From positions 138,209 through 202,208 of the forward strand of contig CBFFRP010000236.1 in assembly GCA_965644295.1 (NCBI GenBank): DNA of 64,000 nucleotides, in the 5' to 3' direction. How positions within the stretch are numbered: the first letter of the stretch is position 1; each line of letters starts with the position of its first letter. The position numbers and the translations under genes were made by a program. Shown piece after piece: positions 37,137 to 52,630 of the stretch. The notes below the pieces were generated by a model. That model saw only the letters and a program-made list of their open reading frames with translations, was not told where the DNA came from and made no database searches. The DNA is from Paraphysomonas bandaiensis. Lineage: Eukaryota; Protista; Chrysophyceae.

Positions 37137-37284
37137 ATTATAGTGCACACAGAAAGACAAAAGACAAAACAGTGTTTTTGTGTTTAAATTCAAATTTCTT
37201 TTCATTCTCTGTTCGCTTGATCTCACTGAATATATTGCGAAGCAAAGCATTAAGCATTGACAGTGACTGTGTAAAGTTGATAGC

Positions 37285-37885
37285 ATGATATTTCGCGTGT
37301 GTGCATTGTCCCGGAAGTTGTCACTGCATAAAAAGAAGAGGGCATCCTTGATCAAACAGCTCTTGAAGCAATCTCGAGTGTCTAGTGAGGATCGTATAAT
37401 TGCAAGAAGAAATGTCTACGAACGGATTTACTACGATAAGACGCCATGGGGACTCCTGCTGAGGGATGCAAGGATAAGAGACCCCACTACTCGTGAAGGT
37501 ATGACTTTTGGTATTGTATTATATACCATGTCACACTGCCTCAGGCAAGCAATTCAGAACGCGTTTTCGAATTCCGTATCAAATGTTTCAAGAGATAGTT
37601 GAATGGGCTAAAGATTCATCACTTCGTAAGAACAAGTTAACAGGGAAGCCCATCGTTGATACTGACGCATCAGGTATTTCTCCTGTTTCCAATAGTTAAG
37701 TTTTTTAGAACTGTGTACTATAGGTCGCAAATCAACACCAAATGACTTACTAGTCCTCGGAGTACTGCGTGTATTAGGGCGAGGAATGTGTTTTGATGGA
37801 ATTTCTGAGCTTAATGGAGCATCATTCTCAGTTAATCGTGTATTTTTTCACGATTTCTGTCAATTATATGCGAGGGACAAATTTT
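37285..37885 (+). pseudogene. Truncated Harbinger-type transposase (N-terminal part, with introns)
   Basis: KQFRTRFRIPYQMFQEIV and LLVLGVLRVLGRGMCFDGISEL..VFFHDFC resemble the PIF/Harbinger N-terminal HTH region. Ends before the DDE core. Confidence 0.7.
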
Positions 37886-39734
37886 GAATTCTGCTCATTC
37901 TCTGCTCGCTAGATCTCACTGAATATACTGCGAAGCAAAGCATTAAGCATCGACACAAGTCACAGGGTTGAAAGAGCTGGGTGTTACTGCCCTTAACTTC
38001 CTATACAGCATCAGATATGGCACTTAAACTCTCCTGTAATATTCTTGCTCTTGTTTCGAAGTCCAGGTTATGAAGATAGATCGCATGCACTGACATCATT
38101 ATTATCTTCCACATCAGACGAAAGACGGATGATGACTTGGAGTGTTTGATGAACTCCTTTTGATAGTTGACTCATCATTGTGGTTTCTCTATAATTTTGT
38201 AATATAACGATATCTATATATCTATACATATGACTGCCAATATCATAATTGATACTTAAGATAGAAGTGAGTTTCTGTTAACCCAATATTGAAGTTGAAT
38301 GTGTATATTTAGTTTATTACAATATTAGTAAGATTAGTTTAGTTTAGTAAGATTAAATGCATCTTACAGTTAGATCATGTGATAATTATTAGTCAATCGT
38401 AATAAACAAAGTTGTGAATTTAAAACTGACACTGACAAACGTCATTATAACTAACGTGTATAATAGAGGAACAACATATGTATAAAACAAACAGAACTTG
38501 CATGGATAACAGACAATCAATCGGACCAAGATAGTTACCATTGGTTGGCGTTGCTGTTAGTGTCATTGTCCTCGCCTTCGAGAGTTATGCCAGCTCTCTT
38601 CTTATCCTTTCAGCTTCTTTACGATTCCAGGAGAGCTCCACCGTCTTGACGAGCAACTCTCTCATCTGCACGCCTGACGGTATTGTTTCGTCCTGCATCA
38701 ACAAATATTACTATTGAATAACATTATAAGATATATATACCTTATTCAAAAGGATAACAAAATCTGGAGTGAACTCATTAATGACTGACTTCCTTCTTTA
38801 TTTCCAGTGTTGTTTAAGTCTTCCAAATAGTTTCAGAGTTGATTCCAAAGAGTTCCTTATTGTATGTATGTAGTAAGTTTAAATCAACACACACTCTTCA
38901 CCTTTCACAATCTGATCAATAGTTATGGTTCCTGCCGGAATATACTCGGTCAGGGATACGGTTTCATTGATGTAGATGTCAGTGCTTTCATTGTTGACAG
39001 GAGTGCGGCGTGTCGTAAGAAGTTTCACAGACATATTTCTCCAAGCTCTGTAATCGTCGTGGTCTTGACACCATGGGTCTCCATGCCTGCCAAAGCAATG
39101 GCAAGCTTCTGCCAATGCTTGAGACTATAAATCATTGCGCCTGGTGCTGTTTACGAGGTGTATGACTATTAATGAAGCTCCATTGTGTAAAAATGTCTTC
39201 CACTCTCGATTTCTGTCCTTGAAGACAAAAAGACATAAATTTGCTCATATTTATGTCTTTCGACGGATTTCTGTCTTTTGTCCTCCTATAACTACAGCTT
39301 TTCAAAGACAGAAGACATTTTTCTGGAAAAATGTCTTCTGTCTTTTTGTCTTTTGTCTCACTATAATTAGTGGCCTTATAGATATCTACTAAAACCTCGA
39401 GTTTTTTATAAATCTGTAGTGATAAATTAGGATTTTTATTTATATCCTGAAAAATTGGTGAAAACACAACTATTTCAACCAACCAAACTGAAAATAAAAA
39501 AAATATTCATATAATTAACAAAAACTGAAAACAAATCGTATCTTGAAACGTCATGACATCTCCACCTCATATATATATATCAAAATATATTGTGTGGTGT
39601 AGAAATGAAGTTCAATATTAATGATTTAAATTACTTTGAACTTCATTATTTTTCATAGTAAGTGAATTTCATATTCTCATATTAAGAAAACAATCCAACT
39701 CATTCCTCATAATTTCATCAAGTCATACAAGGAA

Positions 39735-43194
<3,460 letters not shown>

Positions 43195-44758
43195 TTATTT
43201 TACACACTATATATATTTTTAAACTAAATATTAATCTAATCTTTTTTGACGCCAATTTGAATCACCAGCTAACTAGTTGATTAGCCCTACTATATATCTC
43301 TATACTTTGCGTGTTATTAGCAATTGTGTAAGCAAATAATATCTGCAACAATTATGTTGATTGGTAATTATAGTACTGAATTTATTCTAATTGGAATAAA
43401 TATATTAGTTATTGCGTGTATAATTGAAAGCGATGATACTTACATACTTACATGTAGCTAGTTATAGGTTCAAACTTGCAACTTAGGACATTCAACACCA
43501 TGAGTTCAGTTGTGTTCATTCTGAAACTGAGAAAGGGATTATCTAATTAGCTTCATTGACGACGTCTGTTCTAAATTATCTATACCAATTTTTAATCCCA
43601 ATAAGCAGGAGGAAAATAGATATCCGTAGTGAAGGTGCTTAGGAGTTAAGAGTTAGGATGAATACAAAATATAGTTATATAGCATTGCAATTTTAATAAC
43701 TGGTGCTTAACTCTGATATCCTATTGTAATGCTACGACACTACGAAAGCAGCTTGTGCCACTTTCGCTCTATATAGACATCCAACTCCATCAACAAAGTC
43801 GCTTGTGTAGACTTCTTTGGGCCTTGACGAATAAACAGGCATCCATTCACTATTATACCTAGCGAGTGGGAGTAATGAACACTAGCGTCCCTTGGTTTTG
43901 CGCAGGACTACCTGAACAATATATATCCTGAGTGCTGAGGATATTAATGTAAAGCACTAGTTAAGAACTGAATAAAAATTGCAATTCTGTATTAGCTCTG
44001 ACTCCTAAGCTCCCTTTGCTAAAAGTAAGACATTCACTACGTTTTTGTTGTAGCTATTATATTCAAACTTTGTGTTAGGTGTTAGTCCTGTACAAATGCT
44101 ATTCCCTTACTATTGTGAGCATTGAACAAAATCTATTTTGTGGTCGGTCCACCAATCAATATATTGTTACCGAGCCCTGGTAGATACCATTGATTTGAAG
44201 CAATACATTGATATTAGTCATTGAACACTACTTCATCTTACAGCATGCCAGCAAAAAGCTATACGCTTTAGATATATAAGGTTTTTAATATCATAAGAAT
44301 AGCAAGCTTCAATTTAACTGCATCCATTGCAATCTTTTGTTTTTAATTCCATTCTTAAGATGAAACCAGAACACAATAAAATCCAACGTCTTTAACTCAC
44401 ATTAGCGACAATCTGAGTTGTCTTTTTGCGAAGTTGCATTCGAGACTTATTACCTGTTAGTGCCGGGAAAGACTTGAAGGGAAGGTGTTCTGAGGCGAAG
44501 AAGGGTGGCGCAACCTTTCACAGCATGCCATCAAGCACGCTGGATTGGTTGGATGTATATTTTCTAACTGTAGGGATGTAGCACAAACGCACAAACAATA
44601 TCCACTAAGCTGCAAGGGAAAAAGTATACATAGTAAAAAACACCACATTGTTTTCAGTTTTCACTGTGAATTAACAGACGAGAAAAAACTGCATTGTTAC
44701 TGTGTATCACAAATAAACAGTTGTATAGAAATAACGAAAAGAATATCCCTAAATTTGT

Positions 44759-46322
44759 TTAATTGAGCCAATCCGGTTTAGATCTTTGGCAAGGAGATCT
44801 CTTCTTCACCTTTTGTTGCGAATTGGCACCGGCTTTGGTCCCGTGCCTAGAACCATCCATCTTGCGAGTTCCAGTTTGTGACATATATGCTGAAGATTTG
44901 CTGCTGGTAGATCTATCGACTGACCTATCCAGTGATATTTCAGCAGCTCTATCCGGCATGCTGACAGCGGGATGAGAGTGGTGAAATAGCAACGTGCTTT
45001 TCGCATTGTCATCAACTGTCCCGTCTACAACATCGTCATCCTGTGAAATAGGTTCACGTGATCCCATACGCACAAAGTTCGCGCCATGCGGATGATTATT
45101 AGAACGCAATCCACACAGCGAAGATAGACACCCGCCTCGCTTACGATGCTCAACCTCTTCAACCCGTTGCTGACGTTGGTGCTTGATATGTTCAAGACGG
45201 GCCTCTAAAGAAGCTTTTTGTTTTTTCTCTTTCGCTAGTGCGGCTTCCAAGGTGGCGACATGAGATCGCGAGCTACTTAAGTCCCACATTGTGGATTCAA
45301 GCTGTCGCTTGAGAGCCTCATTTTCCTCTTCAAGAGCCCGAATGTCATCGTTATCCCGTTCATAACACGCAGACAACTTCTCCTCTGAATATTAATTTAA
45401 AACTAGAATATTCGATACAAAACCACACCAGGTGCTCACCTTCCCCTATCACTGACGCTAGAGGTTTCGCCTTTTCCCTGGCAACAGCTTGTAGCTTGAT
45501 ACTGCTGCTACTGGACGTGGACAGTGACCGCTCCCGCTGTATGTGCTCCTGGTCATAGTCATCCTAATACATGACAGAGGGGTCACAACATGGGACAGAA
45601 GATATGATTATTATCCATACGTACCATAACACCATCCACACAGTAAGTTACGCTCTCCCCCATTTCAGAGTCAGAAGCGATACTCATGCTGTCCTCTGCA
45701 TTTCCCTATAGCCGAACTCAGGAACAAAACATATACGATAGAACTAGGACTTACATCACTCTCTAAGTGTTTGGGGGTGATAGTGACATCAATTGTCAAG
45801 CCATCATATGCACATTTAGTTAGCGGTAAGACTTCCCTTGTCTCACCATACATCTTTGCATAAGTATGTAGTGGCAGCATAGCCACTCCGAACACTTTAT
45901 ATGTCTCATCTGCATTTTGTTTTTCACGAACCACAAGTCGACCAGTTTTCTCCTGCATTACTGTTACATCAATATCCATATCAGTTATACAGAACTCACT
46001 AGATAATGATCATTACTACTCTGATAGAGTGTTGCAATAATAGATAACGTCTGTTCAAACACCACTTCACTGGTTCCATTTGCACAATCATGAAATACTG
46101 CATCATTAGTTGATTCTGTTTTTCTTCCTCTTTCAAAACATACATTCAATCTTGCATTTGGTCCAATAATATTCCCTTGTTTGGATATAAGATAATGTAC
46201 TATAGATGGTATAATGATTATATGCAATATATATACATATCATTCCAACCTTTTACTTGAAAGAGTATCTTAAAGGGTTTTGTTCCTCTTCTTTTACTTA
46301 ATTTTGTTACTTTTTTTAACAT
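44759..46322 (-). CDS. N-terminal C2 (NT-C2/EEIG1-like) domain protein with coiled coil, multi-exon (start approximate)
   Basis: LNVCFERG.K..T...VVFEQTLSIIATLY, EKTGRLVVRE..FGVAMLPLHTYA..LPL resemble NT-C2. Coiled coil ALEEENEALKRQLE. Confidence 0.75.
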
Positions 46323-47184
46323 GGTATATATATATATATATGTACTTATATATGAAGATCTACGTAAGGAAAGAAGTGTATAGGGTCTTATTCTAACCCT
46401 ACAGGGATTTCTATACTTTATTCATTGTATATATCAATAGACTTCATTATATAGACTTCAATTGATGTGATGTTACTATATATGCATATCATCATATCAT
46501 ATATATAAGAAGTTATAGAGCAAAGTGTTGTTCTGAATTTTATCTTATCTTTTATTAATTGTATAAAAATCCCAAGAATCTGTTCTGTGAATTCTTATAT
46601 TAGTCTAAAATATAGTGTTTTTTATTCTGAAAGGGAAATATTAGGGATTTATAGGAATATTGTGTTTATTGACAGAATCAGAACGAACATATACACGTAT
46701 TTATATACTTAAAGAATTCTAGAAGAACTGCTGTGCATAATCCTTTTATACTATAGAAATCCTGATTTTCAGATGTTACGACAGTATTTTCAGAGTATTT
46801 ATAATATTATGTCCAAGTAATATACGTGATTTTATGCAGGATATATAAATTTCCTAGTTTTTGTCTTTATAATTTGTAAGGTTTTTGTACATATATATGA
46901 ACACTGTAAAACAACATCACACTTGCATATGGTGTTGTATATGTAGATATACATACATACACGAGAGAGACATATGCTCTACATATATACAGTACATAGC
47001 AGTTTGAAACGAAGTGTAAACATACTTCACTTAAAATTTATTCACTTCATATAAATAAGTGAATTTATCATCTCATATTCTTACGTATATATCCATACAT
47101 ACCACTATATAATCACTCATACTATACACATCCTCATATATATACACACATATCTCACAATATAGAGAGAGATCTTCATAAATT

Positions 47185-49636
47185 ATGGGTGCTGGTGCTA
47201 GTTCTATTAATCGTTTACGTAAAGCACTTATAATGCGTGCATATAATACACGTAATGCAGATGAAACACTTGAAGAACAGTTTCATAAACATACATATCG
47301 AAAGGTTCATATATATATACATTAGAGACTCTAATGATATGATTAACAGGGAGATATACTGTATATCTCTATACAAGATGTGAAGAGAGCATTATCAGTT
47401 GATGCACAATGGGTTGATCAACTGTTTGAAAGGGCCATGGGCTGTGATGTGAGTATATGCTGTGTATGTATGTGTGTCTATATGGGCTGTGATGTGAGTG
47501 TATGCTATGTATGTGTGTCTATATGAGCTGTGATGTGAGTGTATACTGTGTATGTATGTATGTGTGTCTATATATGGGCTGTGATGTGAGTGTATGTATG
47601 TATGTATGTGTGTCTATATGGGCTGTGATGTGAGTGTATACTGTGTATGTATGTATGTGTGTCTATATATGGGCTGTGATGTGAGTGTATGTATGCTATG
47701 TATGTATGTATGTCTATATATGGGCTGTGATGTGAGTGTATGCTATGTATGTGTGTCTATATGAGCTGTGATGTGAGTGTATACTGTGTATGTATGTATG
47801 TGTGTCTATATATGGGCTGTGATGTGAGTGTATGTATGTATGTATGTGTGTCTATATGGGCTGTGATGTGAGTGTATACTGTGTATGTATGTATGTGTGT
47901 CTATATATGGGCTGTGATGTGAGTGTATGTATGCTATGTATGTATGTATGTCTATATATGGGCTGTGATGCTGGTCTTATGTCACTGTTATATATATATA
48001 AGACTAACTATTCTTATATACAGGTTCAAGATTTTGAGTTTTCTGATTTTATGGACTTTTTGGAAACTGGAAAATTGGTATTACAAATTGTTATTGCTAA
48101 ATGTTGTGACCTTGTATGTCAGCCATTACCACCCTGTGATAGAGGGGCATCCAGCAAGACTGCAGCCTTCGTAAAAGGACTAGAGAGTCGCAGAAGCCGT
48201 GGTCCTCCTGAGTTCAAACACAAGAAACAATTTCCTCCAAGCCCGCCCAGAAAAACCCCTCCTAAGTACACACGTTCCACAAGCTACTCGCGATACATTC
48301 CACGTGAGTACACAGCGTTGTTTATGATTCTGTAATATTTATGTCGTACAGCATTCAATGCAGACACTTGTACAATATACCCGGGTACTATCCGTGCCCT
48401 TGGCCTGAATGTAAGAATTTTCTTCATTGTTTGTTATCTTTGCTCTCATCCATGTCTGTGTACAGACTCTGGCACAGGGAATACACAGCGGTACTGTTGT
48501 GCGATCAAAGGGTGACGCCATTGCATTGAATTTTAAGGATGCCTATAAGAGCCCACATGTGACAAGACCTCTCTGGCGTAAGCGTGAAGTCGTTAGACAA
48601 GAACGGACCATCCACTACACTACAGTGGATGCAGAGGGTGTACAGCAGGTAAAATAAAGGATTCCGTAAATAGTGTAGTTTTCAGTGTTGAATTTACACG
48701 GATATTTACATCTCGCAATTTCATAGGAATTAGTGGAGCGGGAGATGCAACAAACTGAAGTGCTTCATATGGAATGTAGAGACACCGGTGAATTTGCTCA
48801 TAGAGAGACTACCGACTATGAGCAGCTAGAAACTTTTAATAATGAGGTGCGTGGTTTAGAGTTTTTACACGATGTTATCATGTTCGACACAGGTAGTGAC
48901 TGAGATCTGCGGTAACGAGGAGTACGTCCACCTGAAGTCCAAAGAAGATGAATTTGAATACATGGAGAGTAATATGCCCAAGAAAGAGGCCCCTCCTACG
49001 GAGGAAGAACCCGAGGTGGAGATGCCTGCTGATGATGGGGTAGGAGCCCCGCATTCAACATGTGCGGAGGGTGGGGAAACTCCCCGTGGAGGCATGGGTG
49101 TAGAGACAGACCCTGTGGATGAAGAAGGATATCCACCTCGTGCCCCTTCCTTTAAGCAGCAGCCCATGTCTACAGATCCGGATGAAGAAGATCCATTTTA
49201 TAATAGAGGTGATCAAGGGCAAGTTCCGTCCCCGTCAGCTGGGGGTTGGGCATCTATGGGGCAACAGTCATGGGTCCCTCCATCCGCCGAAGATTATGGT
49301 GAAGACCCACATATACCATCTGGGATTAAGGAGGACCTGTTTACTCAGGACAGCCAGGAGAAGGAGTATGACCGAGAAGCTGCCAGATTCAGAGAGGGGA
49401 AGTCTTCATCTAAGGCTGACATATGGACCGCTGACGATGATCATGAACTCACGTCAGCTGACTTTAGAGACAGCAAAGATGATGATGAGCCCCAATCAAA
49501 GCCATGGAGCCATCAACATAGTGCTGATCCGCTGGGTGAAACCATGAATGGACACCGCTATGGTATAGACAGTAAAGAAGACGATGAGGAAGCACCAAGA
49601 ATTGTGAAATGGGGTACAGAAGATGATATTGATTAG
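47185..49636 (+). CDS. Uncharacterised multi-exon protein; putative N-myristoylation (MGAGASS), EF-hand-like N-terminus, acidic C-terminus
   Basis: In-phase exons with GT-AG introns; FEFSDFMDFLE helix; conserved-looking block LWRKREVVRQERTIHYTTVD..EVLHMECRDTGEFAHRE. Confidence 0.7.
47438..47972. repeat. ~40-52-bp variable minisatellite containing the exon end plus 5' splice site
   Basis: About 11 copies of gctgtgat|gtgagt separated by TATG/TG tracts. Confidence 0.92.
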
Positions 49637-50033
49637 CATTAATTGTCACTGTCAGTGTGTAGGTAATTATGCAATCCTCTTTATGTACAGTGTACACTTA
49701 TATGGATTACTTTTGCATTGCTGCCTTTGTAATCATATAAGTTGTATAAAATATCATTGTTATCTTAAGTAAGTACTGTAAGATGAAGATATATGTATGA
49801 ATATACGAGAGGTTTTGTTGTATAGTTTCAGCTAGGCCCTCTGTACTCTGTACATTATATGGACATTCTTATGATATGATATATTCAGCAGCAGGTTTTC
49901 TACAGCAGTATATATATACAGGAGGTTTGTGACAGCAGGGTCAGTCAACAATATATTGCAAGCAAAAGTAAATAATAATAGTAATAATATTTTCAAGACC
50001 AATAATATCTATTAAATTTGTTGCAATATAATA

Positions 50034-50299
50034 ATGCAGATTTGAGCTTCTTAGTAATAGTAAGAAGAGTGTTGTGATTATTAGAACGCAAAGTGATGAA
50101 CATGATAGTAATGTAGAAAAGTGAAAAATAATGCAGAACGTAACTATCACACACAACGGAATAGTTAGAAGTATAACTGATAATGACGATCGTTATGATG
50201 AAGATCATGTATCTTCAACAGATACTTTCTCTAATTCAGCTAATGATATACTTCATTATACATCATAACTCACATATACTATCTTATATTAAGATGAAT
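50034..50299 (+). repeat. Dispersed repeat family B copy
   Basis: Aligns with 25117-25363. Confidence 0.85.
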
Positions 50300-50765
50300 C
50301 CTAATAAGTAAGAAGGGCATGTGCTCTTTAATTCTTACAGGTTGAAAAAACATGACTTCGACCTGTAAAACAACTAATTTTAACCTGGAAAAACGTTATT
50401 TTGGCATGTAGCAACACACTATTGTACTCTGCAGATCTACTCTGTACAGAGTATACGCAGAGTGTACAAAAAATAGCATACTTTTACAAGATAAAAGAAA
50501 CATCTAGTGTGTACTCTAGAAAGGCAGATGCAGTATCTATAATGGTTGATTTTGTTGTTCCGAATTTGCCGATATTCATGTCTTGATCCACCTCTGTATC
50601 ACCTTAAATCTTACTATAAAGCAACCTCACATACTTACACAAGAACTACTGTACATGATGTATAATTGTATCGGGTAGAGTAAACAGTAATCACTTCACA
50701 TGATGAACATTATCTGATTTGATTTTCATAAAGAATACATCGAGTATGATGCGAAGACGTCCACC

Positions 50766-51007
50766 ACGAAGCCGAATCACTCATAAGCATACAGACAGTC
50801 GTATGGATGTAGTCACACTGCTCTCATTGGGGAAAAAGATGGTTGTAGTTGAGGTAAAGCATACCAGACAGTGTAGCGTGGATCCAGTGAAAGTATCTCA
50901 CAAGTTAGAGATTGATATGGTGTTAAAGGCTTTGTCGGATCTGCCCAATGAGAGCGACCGAATCCTCCACATCCCTGAGAGATTGAATGAGAGTGATTCG
51001 GCTTCGT
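50766..51007. repeat. Nested inverted repeats (long imperfect hairpin or MITE-like)
   Basis: 17-bp perfect IR acgaagccgaatcactc (50766-50782) / 50991-51007. Inner 12-bp IR gctctcattggg (50820-50831) / 50944-50955. Confidence 0.7.
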
Positions 51008-51145
51008 AAGATACGTCCTTTCATCATACTCTAACGAAGTGATAACTGTTTACTTTACTTGATACAATTCTATATCATGTACAGTAGTTCTTGTATAAGT
51101 ATGTGAGGCGGGTTGGTTTCTAGTAAGACTTAAGACTGCTGCAGT

Positions 51146-51294
51146 CGTATCGGCATCCTTTGTGTATTTTTGTTGAAAGATGCCTCTAATATTGAGACAA
51201 GAATTAGCTGTATACCAGCCGTAGTTGTATTGAAGTAATATGAAGTATTTTTGCTTCAATTTATTTCCGCAAAATAAGATGCTGGCAGCCGATA
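51146..51294 (+). repeat. Dispersed repeat family A copy 2
   Basis: Aligns with 3998-4143. Confidence 0.85.
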
Positions 51295-51862
51295 GTGGAT
51301 CAACATGCGAACATCCGCCAATTCTCTCTGTAAGAATATGTCGATTTAGCAAAAAAAATCGACCTTTTTTCGTTATTCTTGAAATATATACATCATCAAA
51401 AAGCAGCATGTATCAAGAAAACCTGGATTTTGTTTGCTGGGTCGACATATTCCCCTAAACAAAAAAAAAGAAAATCTGCTAAATACCTGCCTTCCTATAC
51501 GTGAATTTCATATGAAAGTAAAAAACTATGTATTTTTTTCATAAAATATAAAATCCTTGTTTTTAGTACATAAATTTCAATTTTTTTCAACACAAAACAA
51601 TATTACTGGAGAATATAGCTCTATAGTCCATTTTTCTACCTATCATATAGTACATTACACACCACTACACTGCTGTACATATATGTACATATCTGTGTAT
51701 GTATAGACTCATATATACACAGCACACAGCACAGCACTATATGCATATATATCACTATGACTACTCGATTCATGCCAAACTATTCCTTCCACTCTTCATT
51801 AATGCAATAAATAACACATACAATTAATCTAATCAACTAATCCATACTATTCATAGTCTAAC

Positions 51863-52630
51863 ATGCCTCTATTGAGGTTTCTATATACTAACCATACACT
51901 ATATACACACACTACTAGAGCTTCACGTTTATTAACTAGTCATACACGTAGATTACATAGATCACATATGTCATACACTACATCTGTTCAATATATATGT
52001 AAAAATGAAGATGATATTGAATTAATAGGAAGAAAATTCGCAGAATGGTGCGGAGTTGGTGATGTTCTATTGCTTAGTGGGTATGTATGTGTATATACTA
52101 GTGTCTATATACTTATATTGATATGATCATAGAGATTTAGGGGCAGGTAAAACATGTTTTTCTCGGGGTTTAATTCGAGCGGTTACAGAGCAGAGGGATC
52201 TGATTGTTACATCCCCATCATACTTACTTGATAATACGTATCCAGTTCAGCGCAATGGTAGAGATTTGTAGGTGTTTCATTTAATTTACTTATTATACTC
52301 TAACACTTTGCTTTGAAGTGTGATTCATCATATTGATCTGTATCGACTTCCGCATGGGTGTGATCTGTCCTTCCTCAATATACCATCTATATATAGCTCA
52401 AGTAAGGAATCCTGTGTAATGATATTACCTATTGTGTCTTACATGTGTTGTGAATGTTAGGTATTACTCTCATTGAATGGCCGGACAGACTTTCGAATTT
52501 ACCAAAACAATATTTTGGCATCAGCCTTCATATTCAACCAAATCAGGACAGAGTAGTGACATTTGAACCGAATGGCGATGACGACTACAAGGAAAGGTGT
52601 CAGATGTTGCTAAAGAGTATAATTGAGTAA
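51863..52630 (+). CDS. tsaE: tRNA threonylcarbamoyladenosine biosynthesis ATPase TsaE (YjeE) with putative organellar transit peptide, 4 exons
   Basis: Spliced reading: GDVLLLSG|DLGAGKTCFSRG..VTSPSYLLDNTY..IHHIDLYRL..ITLIEWPDRL. Arg/Thr/Ser-rich, acid-free N-terminus. Confidence 0.92.

Larger units (their letters stand above)
36823..39375. mobile_element. PIF/Harbinger DNA transposon, defective
   Basis: TIRs ggccactaattatagtg(g)agacaaaagacaaaa at both ends. 3-bp TTA target-site duplication at 36820-36822 and 39376-39378. Transposase 5' fragment on +; remnants of a convergent ORF on -. Confidence 0.9.

Noticed and set aside
50719-51009. ORF with a D..EVK pattern resembling a PD-(D/E)xK nuclease
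   Set aside because: Short, non-ATG start, coincides with the hairpin, and no supporting RT or zinc-knuckle context.
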